This document shows positions 1 through 11,708 of a stretch of DNA of 64,000 nucleotides, piece by piece. Origin of the DNA: Epiperipatus broadwayi (taxonomy: Eukaryota > Animalia > Onychophora); NCBI GenBank assembly GCA_028023455.1, contig JAQFVV010000005.1, positions 15,066,001 through 15,130,000 on the forward strand, given 5' to 3'. The notes under the pieces are model-generated. The model was not told where the DNA came from. It saw only the letters and a list, made by a program, of their open reading frames with translations, and ran no database searches. Within the stretch, counting starts at the first letter, position 1. Each line of letters opens with the position of its first letter. The position numbers were made by a program, and so were the translations under genes.

Positions 1-330
1 AACATCACATGACCACCATCTCTTATGCTTGTGTATAACTGTTGTTAAAACAGGCAAAACTCACTATATGTATGCCAGAAGGCTTGTGCATAAAATCCTC
101 ATCTAGTGCCTACTCATCCAATATTCCCAGACTAGTTTCTGGCTTGTGGCCTTCATCTGTAAGGAGCCTTGGATCTGAGAGCACTGCATCTAGATCTTAG
201 GATCTAGAAACTAGTCTGGGATATTGGATGAGTAGGCACTAGATGGGGATTTTATGCACAAGCCTTCTGGCATCCATTGATTACTCTAGCTTGCTGTGTG
301 TGGCATACGCATAGTGAGTTTTGCCTGTTT
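1..330. mobile_element. Hammerhead-bearing repeat, inverted pair (copy 1 minus 1-206; copy 2 plus 207-330, 5'-truncated)
   Basis: 51-136 is nearly the reverse complement of 207-330. Shares long stretches with 8346-8870 and 31399-33510. Confidence 0.9.
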
Positions 331-750
331 TAAAGTCTACTGTTTGTATCAAAACGTACATTAAAATCTCTAAGAAAAAAATTCAATTTTTTTAATCGCA
401 CTGGAGAAAAAATGCTACCCAGCAAAGAATAAAAACTTTCTTTCTCTATTAAACCACAAGCACTAATAATATAAGTACAGGTATTATTGTGCAAGCCAAG
501 TTTTAATATCATTAACTTTTCATTGATACATTGGGGAATTTTCAAGAATAGAAGATAATAAAAAAGCAAATTCAACTTCATGTAATCTTTTTCCAATGGT
601 TGATCTCTACCAGTTTTATTAAACTCTCTTCTACTGGAAAACTAGTCCCACTAAGAAAAGCCATAATTATCTTAAAACATTCACAGTTCCTTAATTAATC
701 ATTGGTGTTGATCTCCATTCAGATCTTGAAAAGTTAATATTCCATGTACA
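330..750 (-). mobile_element. Degenerate RTE-type LINE apurinic-endonuclease fragment
   Basis: Translation YIISACGLIEKESFYSLL...FFLRDFNVRF resembles the APE motifs IISAYAPT...FY..L...LGDFNA. DNA at 610-700 resembles the RTE fragment at 30610-30680. Confidence 0.65.
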
Positions 751-1479
751 TACGCTTAAAAAAAAATTAGATTTATAATATTTATTAGATTTATAATACT
801 TATCTTTAAGCTACTACTGCTTACTGTCTTACCACTATTCGTGATATTATTTCTATCATTAAATGAGTAATTAATTAGACATGAGACTAGCCAAACTCTG
901 TAAGACAATCTATTTTTAGACAATATTTCTATTTCTGTATTAGTAAAAGGATCCCAAAATAAAGACATCTAAACATATAATTCTTACCCAGTTGATCCTT
1001 CTGTACCTATCCAGTTCTGACCCAAACCATTAGTGAATTATAGTCTCAGGCAAAAATCACAACTAAGAATTACCAGTTTATTAAATCTGTCCTCATTACT
1101 GCTTTTTTAATTCACTAGGGCCCAAATTTAAAAAAAAAAAAAAAAATGGGGGAGAAAAAAAAAGAATGTCAAAATTGCTCTGTGTATAATTAAAAGATGG
1201 AAATGTGATTGTACAAATATGTAATCCCATTATCAGAGTTAACATAACTGATGGCATAAGAAATTCATAACAAACAATCTTTACACTAACTTAAGTAACT
1301 GAACACAAAAAAAAAAGGGGAAGAGAGCAAAAACCAGTTGCATAATAAATAATACCTAGCCTCTAATAAACCAACAACTTATTCTATAACGCAGCAGGAG
1401 GTACACTATTTGTTATTCACAGTTAATTCTCACATCTAAAGGTCATTCCCCTATCTGACACCTGTGTAGCGGAACTCAG

Positions 1480-2220
1480 CACATATTTGATATTTTGACT
1501 TGGTTGAATTTACAACTTCTAATTTAAACATATTATATCATCGCATCTATAAATTTATTAGATGACTGATATTGAGAATACCAGAGACACTTGAAGATGT
1601 TCAGGTACAAAATGAAATATAGATTGTGTTGATCATTATATCAACAAATTTTAAGATGCACTAATGTGTATGACATTATTCATATATATATATTAGTCCT
1701 TGTATATCCAAAATATTTGGTTCTAAGCCTCAGCATAAATAGTGAGCCATACCCCATATAAGTGTACGTACTGAATAAATATATATACTGTGACCTACAA
1801 AATTAAATTTCTTTTTTTATTTCTAATTTTTTAAATTCAAGATTTTTGAAATTACAAATATGGAAGATAGGAGAAGGTGGATTACTATATATTAACTTTA
1901 TAGATATTTAATGATTTTATTTATCATGCATTTATTTGACAATTATATTTGTGTTAAATATCAATAATAATTTAAATATGGAGACTTAAATGACTTTACT
2001 TTAATTTACTTTTAATATACACACACTACACATTTTAAGATATATTTGAGTAATATTTTCACTTTTGGTTGAATTTGATGCTTCTTATTTATAATATATT
2101 AAGACTTTAATGTATTTATTAGATTCTTGATGTTAAGACGCACCTTAAAATGTTCTGGTACAAAATGAAATATCTATTATATCAGTAAACTTTATGATGC
2201 AGAGATATGTGTGCTAATTT
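1480..2220. repeat. Degenerate direct duplication (~1480-1690 vs ~2040-2220)
   Basis: Shared ttggttgaattt...atttattagat...atgttc[a/t]ggtacaaaatgaaatat blocks about 555 bp apart. Confidence 0.65.
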
Positions 2221-2399
2221 TAATAAATATATTAAATTTGTTTTATATGTTCAATGATTTATTTATATATTTATTTTGTAATTATGGTTTGCATCTATTA
2301 TTAAATATTATACAATAGAACTACTATATGTAAAATTTAAATGTCCATTGATTCACTCAGTCACGATTGATTTAAAAAAATATATATATACATATGTAT

Positions 2400-2720
2400 T
2401 TAACCTTGAACATTATTACACATTATTTAAGTAATATTTTGGGTGCAATTTGAAACTTATAATTGCAATTTGTAATGTTATAATTGACTATTTATTAGTC
2501 TATATTCAGAATTGTTTATATTTACCTATTTAAGAGAGTTTATTTAAACTTCTTCCTATCAATATTTTCAAATCTCTGTAATCAAGTTGCAATCTGTAAT
2601 GCCTATATAAATTTATGAGACCATTAATAGAGATGGGATTCCATCTCTATTGCCAACAGTTTGAAATTCTTGATTGTTATCTATATTAGGATTGTCTAAG
2701 TGTTGACTCACACCATCAAC
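2400..2720 (+). repeat. Dispersed non-coding repeat with conserved hairpin; inverted homologue at ~15950-16270
   Basis: 2425-2500 matches the reverse complement of 16190-16265; 2670-2710 matches the reverse complement of 15960-16000; hairpins at 2626-2651 and 16037-16062. Confidence 0.75.
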
Positions 2721-5700
2721 AGAAAAGACCCATGCTGCAATATATCCAAGAAATGGAATACATAAACTCATTTGCTTAGATTTGCATTACTAGTTTTATT
2801 AGTTACAATATGGCTATGACTATGAGGGCTGTGTCCCTTGAAAGCACCCAGTCTCTCTGCATTATTGTTTTAATATATAAAGAATTTTAAAAAGGCAGCT
2901 TTGTGTGTTTATGCATCTGTAGTGCAAATCATACTTATATAATGATATATATATATAAAAGAAAAATTGAAAGAAAAAAAAAAAACTTTTATAATATAGA
3001 TTTCTATATATATCAGTAAAATAGACATTACATCAAACCATATAAACATTTCTGAGATAAAATAAAATTAAAATAGGATATTACAGAATTTATTTAATTA
3101 AATTAATAAATATTTAATTACTTCTGAATATTTGTTATTTCAGTAAAATCTGATTAAGTGAACAAATTTTAGATAATAGAATTAATAAGTATTGAAGACT
3201 AATTAATATTGTAATTAATGAAATAAAAAAGTAATTAAATACAGCAAGGAAAAAAAATACAGATAAGCCAAGAATTTATGTATCAGATGGATTTCGGATT
3301 TGAGCTAAAAAAATTTGTACAGAATCTTGTCTTCTCATATCTTACTTGACTTTGGCATATTCTCTTTAAGTCAGGAGTAAAACTAGTGAACCAATGTAAA
3401 GTATCAAAAGCTAAAACATATAAAAGTAGTGTTGATATATTAGTCTGCATAGAACAATAATAAATCTCCTGTGTGTGTGTACATTTGAACCTTGCCACAA
3501 TTTGATTACTAATTATCAAAGAGAATGCTCTAAATCGAAGTTTAAAAGCAAGGCCATGACATTTGAAAGATATTTGTTGTTACCTTAAGTCAGGTAAAAT
3601 GAGAGAATATTGAATTTCTAATCCAGCCTATGTTTAAAAAACAATCCAACTTTAACCATTAAATTATCCAGTGTATAAATCAAAAGTGGTGCAGGAGCTG
3701 TTCAAGCTAGATAATTGTAGTAGAAGCTACGTGAACTCACGAGCTTATTAAAACTATATTTGCTTAGTATTCAATTGATTTGAAGTAAAATAAGAAATCA
3801 ACTGAATGAACAATCTCATAAATTTAAATTCATTTGAAATGAAGTTTCCATATATATGAGCTCAAAGTAATATCTGAAAGACATAAAATGTGATCACAAA
3901 ATAGTTAATAAATGAATAACTTTATTATTCATTTTTATTAATAGGCCTAAAATAAAATACTATATCTAAAGTAAATAAAAAAAATATTAAAATTCACAAA
4001 AATCATATAACGTTTTTTTTTATTATTATATTCCATAAATGCACATCAATCAATATTTTTTCACATTCTTTATTTTAATGCATTTTTTTTTATTATTATT
4101 AATTTTCTTTTTAATTTTTTTTAACATATCATGGGTTGAACTATTGAATTATGTATAAAGATTCAGAACTAATCCAATTATTATAGTAATATAAATTTGA
4201 TTTATTAATTTATTACAAGTAGTCACTAGTCCTTTTTCCATGAAGATCTCATGACAATGTCTATATAAATGTGATATAGGGATAGATATTAGTATTTTTT
4301 AATTATCATTTTTGGTTAGAGATAAATGATGATTCATGTTTACTGTATCAATAAAAGGGGAAGATAAGCATTAAGATCAAATATATTTGAATTCCACAAC
4401 ACTAATGGAATAAATGGATCCAATAAAATTACATGAATAAAAAAGGTAGTCCTGGAAGTGAGAATGATGGATTATCAAAGATTAAGAATAAATAAAATGA
4501 GCACTGTTACAATAAATGCATTGTATAAGGACTTTTTCTTTCTAAATTAAGATTTATACAATGAATGACAATTATATAATATACGTTACAATATCCACAC
4601 TTTTTTAAGACTTAGTTATCAATTTAATTAACTTACTGCTTATTTGCATCTTTAACAGTAAAAATACTGTGCATATTTTTTTATTATTCTGTTACATATA
4701 AATAATATTTTAGTCATGAGTCTAAAAACCAAATTTAGATGGCTGATTAATGTTGTTGACTAAAAAGAAATAATTTCCAAATGAGAAAATAGTAAAAATG
4801 TCAAAACATTTAAATTCTGATCATGTAATGGTTAAATCAACAAATGCAAAAACATTACAATGATTGCATTTAACTAACATAGCATGCACAAAACATTTTA
4901 TGGCCTTTCTGCTTTAAATAAAGCACTATAAAACTTAATTAATTTACTTCATAGATCTGTTTGGAAGCACATTTAGTAGTGGAAATACATTACATGAGAA
5001 GGAAAATCAGTTAAAAAGTTAATCGGTGTATGATAAATAAATAATTTCTATTTCCATGTAACTTTTATTAGAGTCAGTTTATGTTTATATATAATATTTT
5101 GTATGTGGTTAAAAATTCAATTATAGTTTTCACTAGAAAAAGATTGTTTATGCGTTTCAAATTTACAATTGTAGTTAGTGAGAAAGTTAACATTAAATTT
5201 AACAAGTTTTCACATAATATAGCAATCAAAAAAAAAAAAGGTGCCAATATTGTCAGATTATATCACTTCAATTTGTTTATATTAAGAAAGTTTGTTTACG
5301 CTATTATCATAAAAAATTTGATTATAGATTTCACTACGGAAAGATTATTTATTGCATTATACAATATAAAAGTATAATAAATTAATTTTATATTACTTTT
5401 ACATTTTATATTTTTGATCTTGTATTATATTTTTCTCATTTAAATATTTGTGTCAGAAAATAACATTTCTCTAGATTGTTGATCTGGAATGAATTATTCC
5501 TAACTTAATGTATGTAGAACAACCGTTCTATAATAAAAGAGCTTCCAGAACCAATTGTTTCTATTTGTTAATTGATTTCACCATGCATCTTCAAATCCTT
5601 CATAGAAACTACTTCAGGATTTTGCATTAAAAAATAAAGTAGTCTTTAATTAAAATAAACTTTTTAATAAGTCATTATATTTTAATTTATATTTTGTCAG

Positions 5701-6236
5701 TTAAATATTAAATTTCATTTCCTTTTGTATTGTAGATATATTATATCAATTTTTCTAGAAAAATGTTCTTACAGGTAAAAAAAAATAATGCCAAACTGTT
5801 TTTCTAAACCAGATTTAATCACATAATCTATAATCAATTATTATTATTTTGCATATTACTTTCTTTTTGCAACACACAAAGACACCATATAATATTTTTT
5901 TATAAAAATATTGCAATTGTGAATCATATAGTACCAAATATCCACCCTTTGATTTTAGTAATGCAAGAAGCTCACTTTTGATAACAAAAAGACACGAATG
6001 TGAGGCTTTCATTCTAATGCTTTCTCTCAATTTATGCAGATGTGCATATATGACAGTAGCAGACACTGATAACATTCATTACTATCAGAAACACAAGAGA
6101 AAAATCTATTGTCACTGAAAATATTATCTTAAAAAAAGTTTAATGAAAAAACAACTCTAAGAATAAAAGAAAGATTTAAATAAGTCAATAAACTTGATGA
6201 TTTAAGATTTAAAATAATTATTCAAACAAGTCTCAC

Positions 6237-6362
6237 CAGAATTTGTGTGGTTGTGGATAGGGTTACACCTGGCTGGAGCTGCTGAGCCTGGGCTTGCACC
6301 ACTGTTTGTGCTTGGACTACTTGCTGCTGCCGCTGAACAGCCAGTTCAGCATTTGCTTGTTG
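6237..6362 (-). CDS. dom: domino/EP400 Gln-rich tail exon QQANAELAVQRQQQVVQAQTVVQAQAQQLQPGVTLSTTTQIL
   Basis: Acceptor tttgtag| and donor |gtgaga; 126 nt, phase 0-0. A GC-rich island in AT-rich sequence; the Q-rich composition is expected right after RAERI.EK in p400/DOM-A. The donor implies further exons at lower coordinates. Confidence 0.85.
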
Positions 6363-8345
6363 CTACAAATTATATTAAATAAAAATCAATGTTTAGTTTT
6401 ATTTTTAAAAAAGACTAAAATTTATTGCTTTTTTAAAATGTTTTTTTTTAAAAAAAAATTAAAAAACAAACAATTATTTACCTAATGGTAATTTCTATTA
6501 ATCAAACAAATCATATATACTTTTGTCAATAGATTAAACGAAAAACTAAACCAAACAAAAAAATAATAATAAATAAGAAAATCTTTGATATAATAAATAT
6601 AAAAAAACCTATATTATTTTTTAATTTTTTAAAAAAATATATAAATTTATAATTTCCATCTCATAACTGTGATATCACATAATCTGAACCTGATTTATCA
6701 ATCAGTGTTCTGTATAAACAACATATTCCAAATAGTATTTTTTAAAAATAAAAACTTTTTAAAAATATTATAGTATGTTTGTTTTTTAATTTACAAATTG
6801 CTTAAATAAACAATATTTTTCTTTAAAATAATACAAATGAATTAATTTAAAAGCATTCCGAAGTATTACTGATCAGATAAAATTACATTCAACAATTTAT
6901 TAAAGCATCTACTGCATATGTTGCTAAACCAAATCCACACTGGAATAGTCCCCATAAAAGGGACAGAAAATGAAAATTATTCTAAACTAATAAATTATCA
7001 AAAAAAAAAAAAAAAAAACAAAGCAATAACTTCTAATTGTTAAGTTTTTTGTTCCTCAATATAAGAATACAATATGATACAACTTAAAAACTTATCAGGT
7101 TTTTGATTGAAAATAAGTAAGTTTTGATAGATGTCAAATAATAATTGCAAACTAGTTCTAATAATAGTGGCTGAAGTTGTCAATACAAATAAGCAAAAAA
7201 ATTAAAATATATATCTTGTGACGAAACTATTGCAATAAAGTAAATCAGAAAAAGTTTTACAAATTCTGAAGAGTAGAGTTGGAGTAGGGAATTACAAAGA
7301 AGAAAAAAGGTAGTATATGTAAATATTATATGGAAGCAAAAACTATTCTCAACCTAACCATGATTTTAGTTATCCTGAGCAGCTAGCTATTAAGACAAAA
7401 TTCTTTATATCATAATTTTATTTGCATTATCAAAATTTCTGAATCACTTCAAGAACATATGCAATCATTCATTACTTCAAACATGCACACATTCTATATG
7501 TAAATCGTTTGCAGAAATAATCAATATTTTTTAATGAAAACGAATTAAAAACCTTTGCTATCTAATTACTTTGTTATTTTTCTTTGGTTAGACAATTATA
7601 AATTACTTTAAGCAATGTTTATAATATTTTGTTGGGTTTTTTTTTGAAAAAAAAAATAAAAATAAAAAATTCATATATGATTTTATGATCAATACTTATA
7701 TTCATTAAAAATTTTATAGAAATTATTCAAAAATAAACTGTAAAAAACATTTTTTTAAATCTATTTCTTAATTCAGCCTTAAAATAACTGAAGGCTTATT
7801 GTTTTGATCTTAAGTTTGTACAAGACATATTGTAATTTTAAAAAAATATATTACAGATCACCTCATATTCTGCTTAGTATTTAAAGAATATATTTTTGAG
7901 AATAACAATAAATGCAATGTACTGAAATTAAAAGTAAAATATTAATTTATTAATTGTAAAAATAAAAGTTTTTAAAACATATAAGCTTGTATTTATATAT
8001 CCTAAAATTAAAACAATAACTAAAGATGAATTTAAAGTGATAATTGGAAAAAAGTTAGAAAGCAAATCAAGGCTTTTAAAAAATATTTGGGATAAAAAAT
8101 GATAGAGAAAAACTAACAGAAGTTATTATAAGGAGAATTACCATAGCTAAATAGATTTTATTAAATTTTGGACAATTGGGAAAAAGAGAAAAATTAATTG
8201 TTTTATAAAATATATATATATAGAATAGATTGAAAAGCTGTTTTAGAAGTTCTCATGTGGATTTACAGTACTTTTGTTCTTAAATAAGATTTGGTAACGT
8301 TTTTCTTTAATAGAACATTTGTGCAACAAATCAAATATAATAGAA

Positions 8346-8870
8346 GTTAAAACAAGGCAAAACTCTCTATACAGTATTGCCACCCTGGACCAACCAGAGT
8401 AATCAATGGATGCCAGAAGGCTTGTGTATAAAATCCCTATCTAGTGCCTATTCATCCAATATCCCCAGCTAGTTTCTGGCTTATGGCCTTCGTCAGTGAG
8501 GAGCCTTGGATCTGAGAGCACTGCACCTAGATCTTAGGATCTAATGCAACCCTTCAGTTTCATTCTCATAGTTTTGTAGTTAAGTAGAGATAAAAGGTGA
8601 CTGCTGGAGGGTTGCATTAGATCCTAAGATCTAGGTGCAGTGCTCTCAGATCCAAGGTTTCTCACTGATTAAGGCCACAAGCCAGAAACTAGTCTGGGGA
8701 TATTGGATGAGTAGGCACTAGATAGGGATTTTATGCGCAAGTCTTCTGGTATCCGTTGATTACTCTGGTTGGCGTAGGGTGGCACTACTGTATAGAGAGT
8801 TTTGTCTTGTTTAATAACAATTATGTGCTAGTATAAGAGATGGTGATCATGTGATAATAGTTAGAAATAT
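8346..8870. mobile_element. Hammerhead-bearing repeat, head-to-head inverted pair (copy 3 minus ~8346-8556; copy 4 plus ~8577-8870)
   Basis: ~210-bp arms at high identity separated by a ~45-nt spacer; both arms contain the ribozyme-like core. Confidence 0.92.
8659..8700 (+). ncRNA. Hammerhead motif with G8>T core mutation (copy 4)
   Basis: TTCTCA/TGGGGA stem I; CTGATTA 8665-8671; GGC/CACAA/GCC; GAAA 8685-8688; CTAG; TC 8693-8694. Confidence 0.6.
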
Positions 8871-11535
8871 TCAGTTTCTTGTCAGAAAATCTTCATGAAA
8901 CTTAAGTGAATGGGATTTTGCATTATTTGTTGTTGTTTTTTAATTTTATTTTGAACATCCACGAATCTGAGAGAATTCTAAAGTAATATTCCCAAGTGGA
9001 GTTGATGTAATAATAATATATCCATGTATTTGAATTAAGAACAAGAAAATACCATAAATGCAACCAGTAATAAACAGACTGAAATTCTTGGTCAATGATA
9101 ATTTTCTTTTTTGTTGCTTCACTGTTTTTTAATGCAAGTTGGTCTCTGACTAAAGCCTATGCATCTACCTTCTATAAATAACCTCTATGTCTTTTAAGGG
9201 AGAATCATAATAGCATATTTTGGTGGTAATTGCTGATTATCATACTGACAATTTTTAAGACTTCATCATAATAATAAATAATAGATGAAATGTAAAATTT
9301 TAAATAAACCTATTTTGAACAATTTGGAACACAGAAGTATGCTTTTTATCACTTTTATTTTGTAAATAAATGTATGTTAACCATCTTCCTGTTTATTAAG
9401 AGATTTAACCATAAGTGCTGCTGTATATTTTTTATCAGACAGAGTTTTTTCTTGACTATTTAAATTAGTTACTAAATATAGAATTTTTCCATACAAACTT
9501 CTAAGTTTCCTCAATAAATGAAACATAAAGTCAGGCAAAATTATTGTTTTTATATGATAAATTTAGACAATAAATATTAAATCAGTAAAAAAAAAACACA
9601 TGACTTACTATTATTTGACAAATAAAATAAAAACGTAATTTATTTTTTTCTAACCATTAAAATGATAAAATAATTGTTTTAATAAACAAATATTTTTAAA
9701 TGATTTTACTTATAAATCTTCATATTTTTACACCATATAATTTAAGATGGAAAGTTTGCAACCATGCATTTATTTTTATATCATAATATAGACATATTAC
9801 AAAAAATTAGTATTATTTTAATAATTTCTAAAATTATGTAGAATAAAAAATACATATTTAAACAAATATAGAAATAATAAATAGCTATATATACACACAG
9901 AAAACAACAAAGAGGAGAATTATGATAATAATAATAATAAGAGTAGTAGTAGTAATTTATTGCTTGAGAGTTCATAAGTGTCAAAACTGGAGTTGGCCTT
10001 TCTACTACTGCACTGAAACATGTAAAGCACACAAAACAATACATATATATTTATAGATCTATAAAGCATGTAAATCATTAAAGAGTATAACTCTAAAAAC
10101 TAAGTGATCTTTTTTTTTAATTTCTCAATTTGTATTTTAAATCAATAAACTAATAAAATAAAATAAAAATACAACTTTTATAAATACAAAACCCATAGAC
10201 AACTGCAGTTAAAATCTCTCTTTTAAAAAGAAAATAAGATTATTAAAAATAAATTACTAAAAGATGAATTATCAATGATGTTGGCTTGGCACCCTTTAAT
10301 ACAACTTAATCTGGTATTGCAGTTAGAGATACAGAATAAAAACATTAATGAACTATTTTAATAAATGATTTTATTTAATTGTTTTAAAGATAGAATATAC
10401 ATCCATTTTCTGAAAACTTTGTTACAAATTAAAAAAATTATTATTATTTTACATATCCATTATATTGATTATAATTGAGTTTAAAGTGGTCAAAATTTAA
10501 TTTGACTAGGTTTTGATTATCATTTTCATTATTCTTCATTTGTGGGAGATCTAAACTATATATTTTTTCATTAATGGAAATTAAAATAAACATTACCTCA
10601 TTTCTAAACTTTTCAATAGCCAAAAAAAATTTTTTTTCTTCACCAATTGAAATTTGATCAAATTAGAATTATTCTACCTTACTTAACTTTTGAAAAAAGA
10701 TTTTGTAGTAACCAAGTGGCAGTTTTTTAAATTTTAAGTGTTTCGCTTATACAGTTTAGTCATTTTCACATAAATTGCAAGCAATTAACATTTATTTATT
10801 TAGTAAATCCATTTATCATAATTTTAAAATTAAAAGCAATTATTTGATATAAAATATCTACTCTTTTTGAGCATATTCTGAAGAGTTTATACCTCTATAC
10901 TTGAATGACATAATTGCGGTATTAATATTGTCATAATTACAGCATTAACAGAAAAGCAATGGGGAATTTTTATTTACAGAAAAAAAATACACTACATTTC
11001 AAAAACTTAATTTCTTTTTTGGGGTAGTAATATCACAGAACTTTTGTTTTTTTAAATGATTTTAAATTATTATGAAAATTGTAGAATTAGTTTATTAACA
11101 TAAGAACCTAATAAGTTTTCAAAAAAGATTACCTTTTTAATATTTTATTTCAAATTTAAATAAATCTCTTTTTATTTTGAAATCCTTTATTTATTAATCC
11201 TTAAAAGTCAACCTGTATTTTTTATAATTTGTTTGAAAAAATATATATAAATAATAAAATTTGGAAACATTCATCAGTAATTAGTGTAAGACAAAAAAAA
11301 ATTGCTGTCTTAATATCTTTACTATCAATTATTTGGCAAAAAATATCTTTAATACTTCAACCTATACAATTTTCTTTCTAAATTCCCATCATTTGTTTAT
11401 TTTTTAACAACCTCATAACTATCACTTTTTTTATGTTACCTATTGAAGCAATGGATCTGAAGTCCAATCCATGCTTCACATCTTCCTATAAACTTGATTA
11501 ATATTGTAGACCTAAATTAAGTTTATAGTCCAATA

Positions 11536-11708
11536 TCAGCAGGGTTTTGCATTAGAGTTAAAAATAATTATGCTTATCAAATGTGTTTTACATTTAAATA
11601 TTTTGTTTTAAATAAATTTCATTCTATTAATAAAAATTGCTTAACCTATTAGTCAAACATATATATACATCTAGCGTATATATATGAGTTAATGCAAAAT
11701 TCTGCTGA
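11536..11708. repeat. Small inverted-repeat element (possible MITE)
   Basis: tcagcagggttttgcatta vs taatgcaaaattctgctga, 17/19 complementary. Confidence 0.45.

Noticed and set aside
3283-3570. Minus-strand ~95-codon open stretch (CHGLAFKLRFRAF...SNPKSI) considered as the next domino exon
   Set aside because: No Q/T-rich p400-like character, no convincing acceptor and no recognisable domain; the plus strand also gives broken protein-like frames, suggesting TE debris.
5815-6075. ORF just downstream of the Q-rich exon
   Set aside because: Splicing at the nearby AG in the required phase 0 gives a stop after 12 codons; no similarity recognised.
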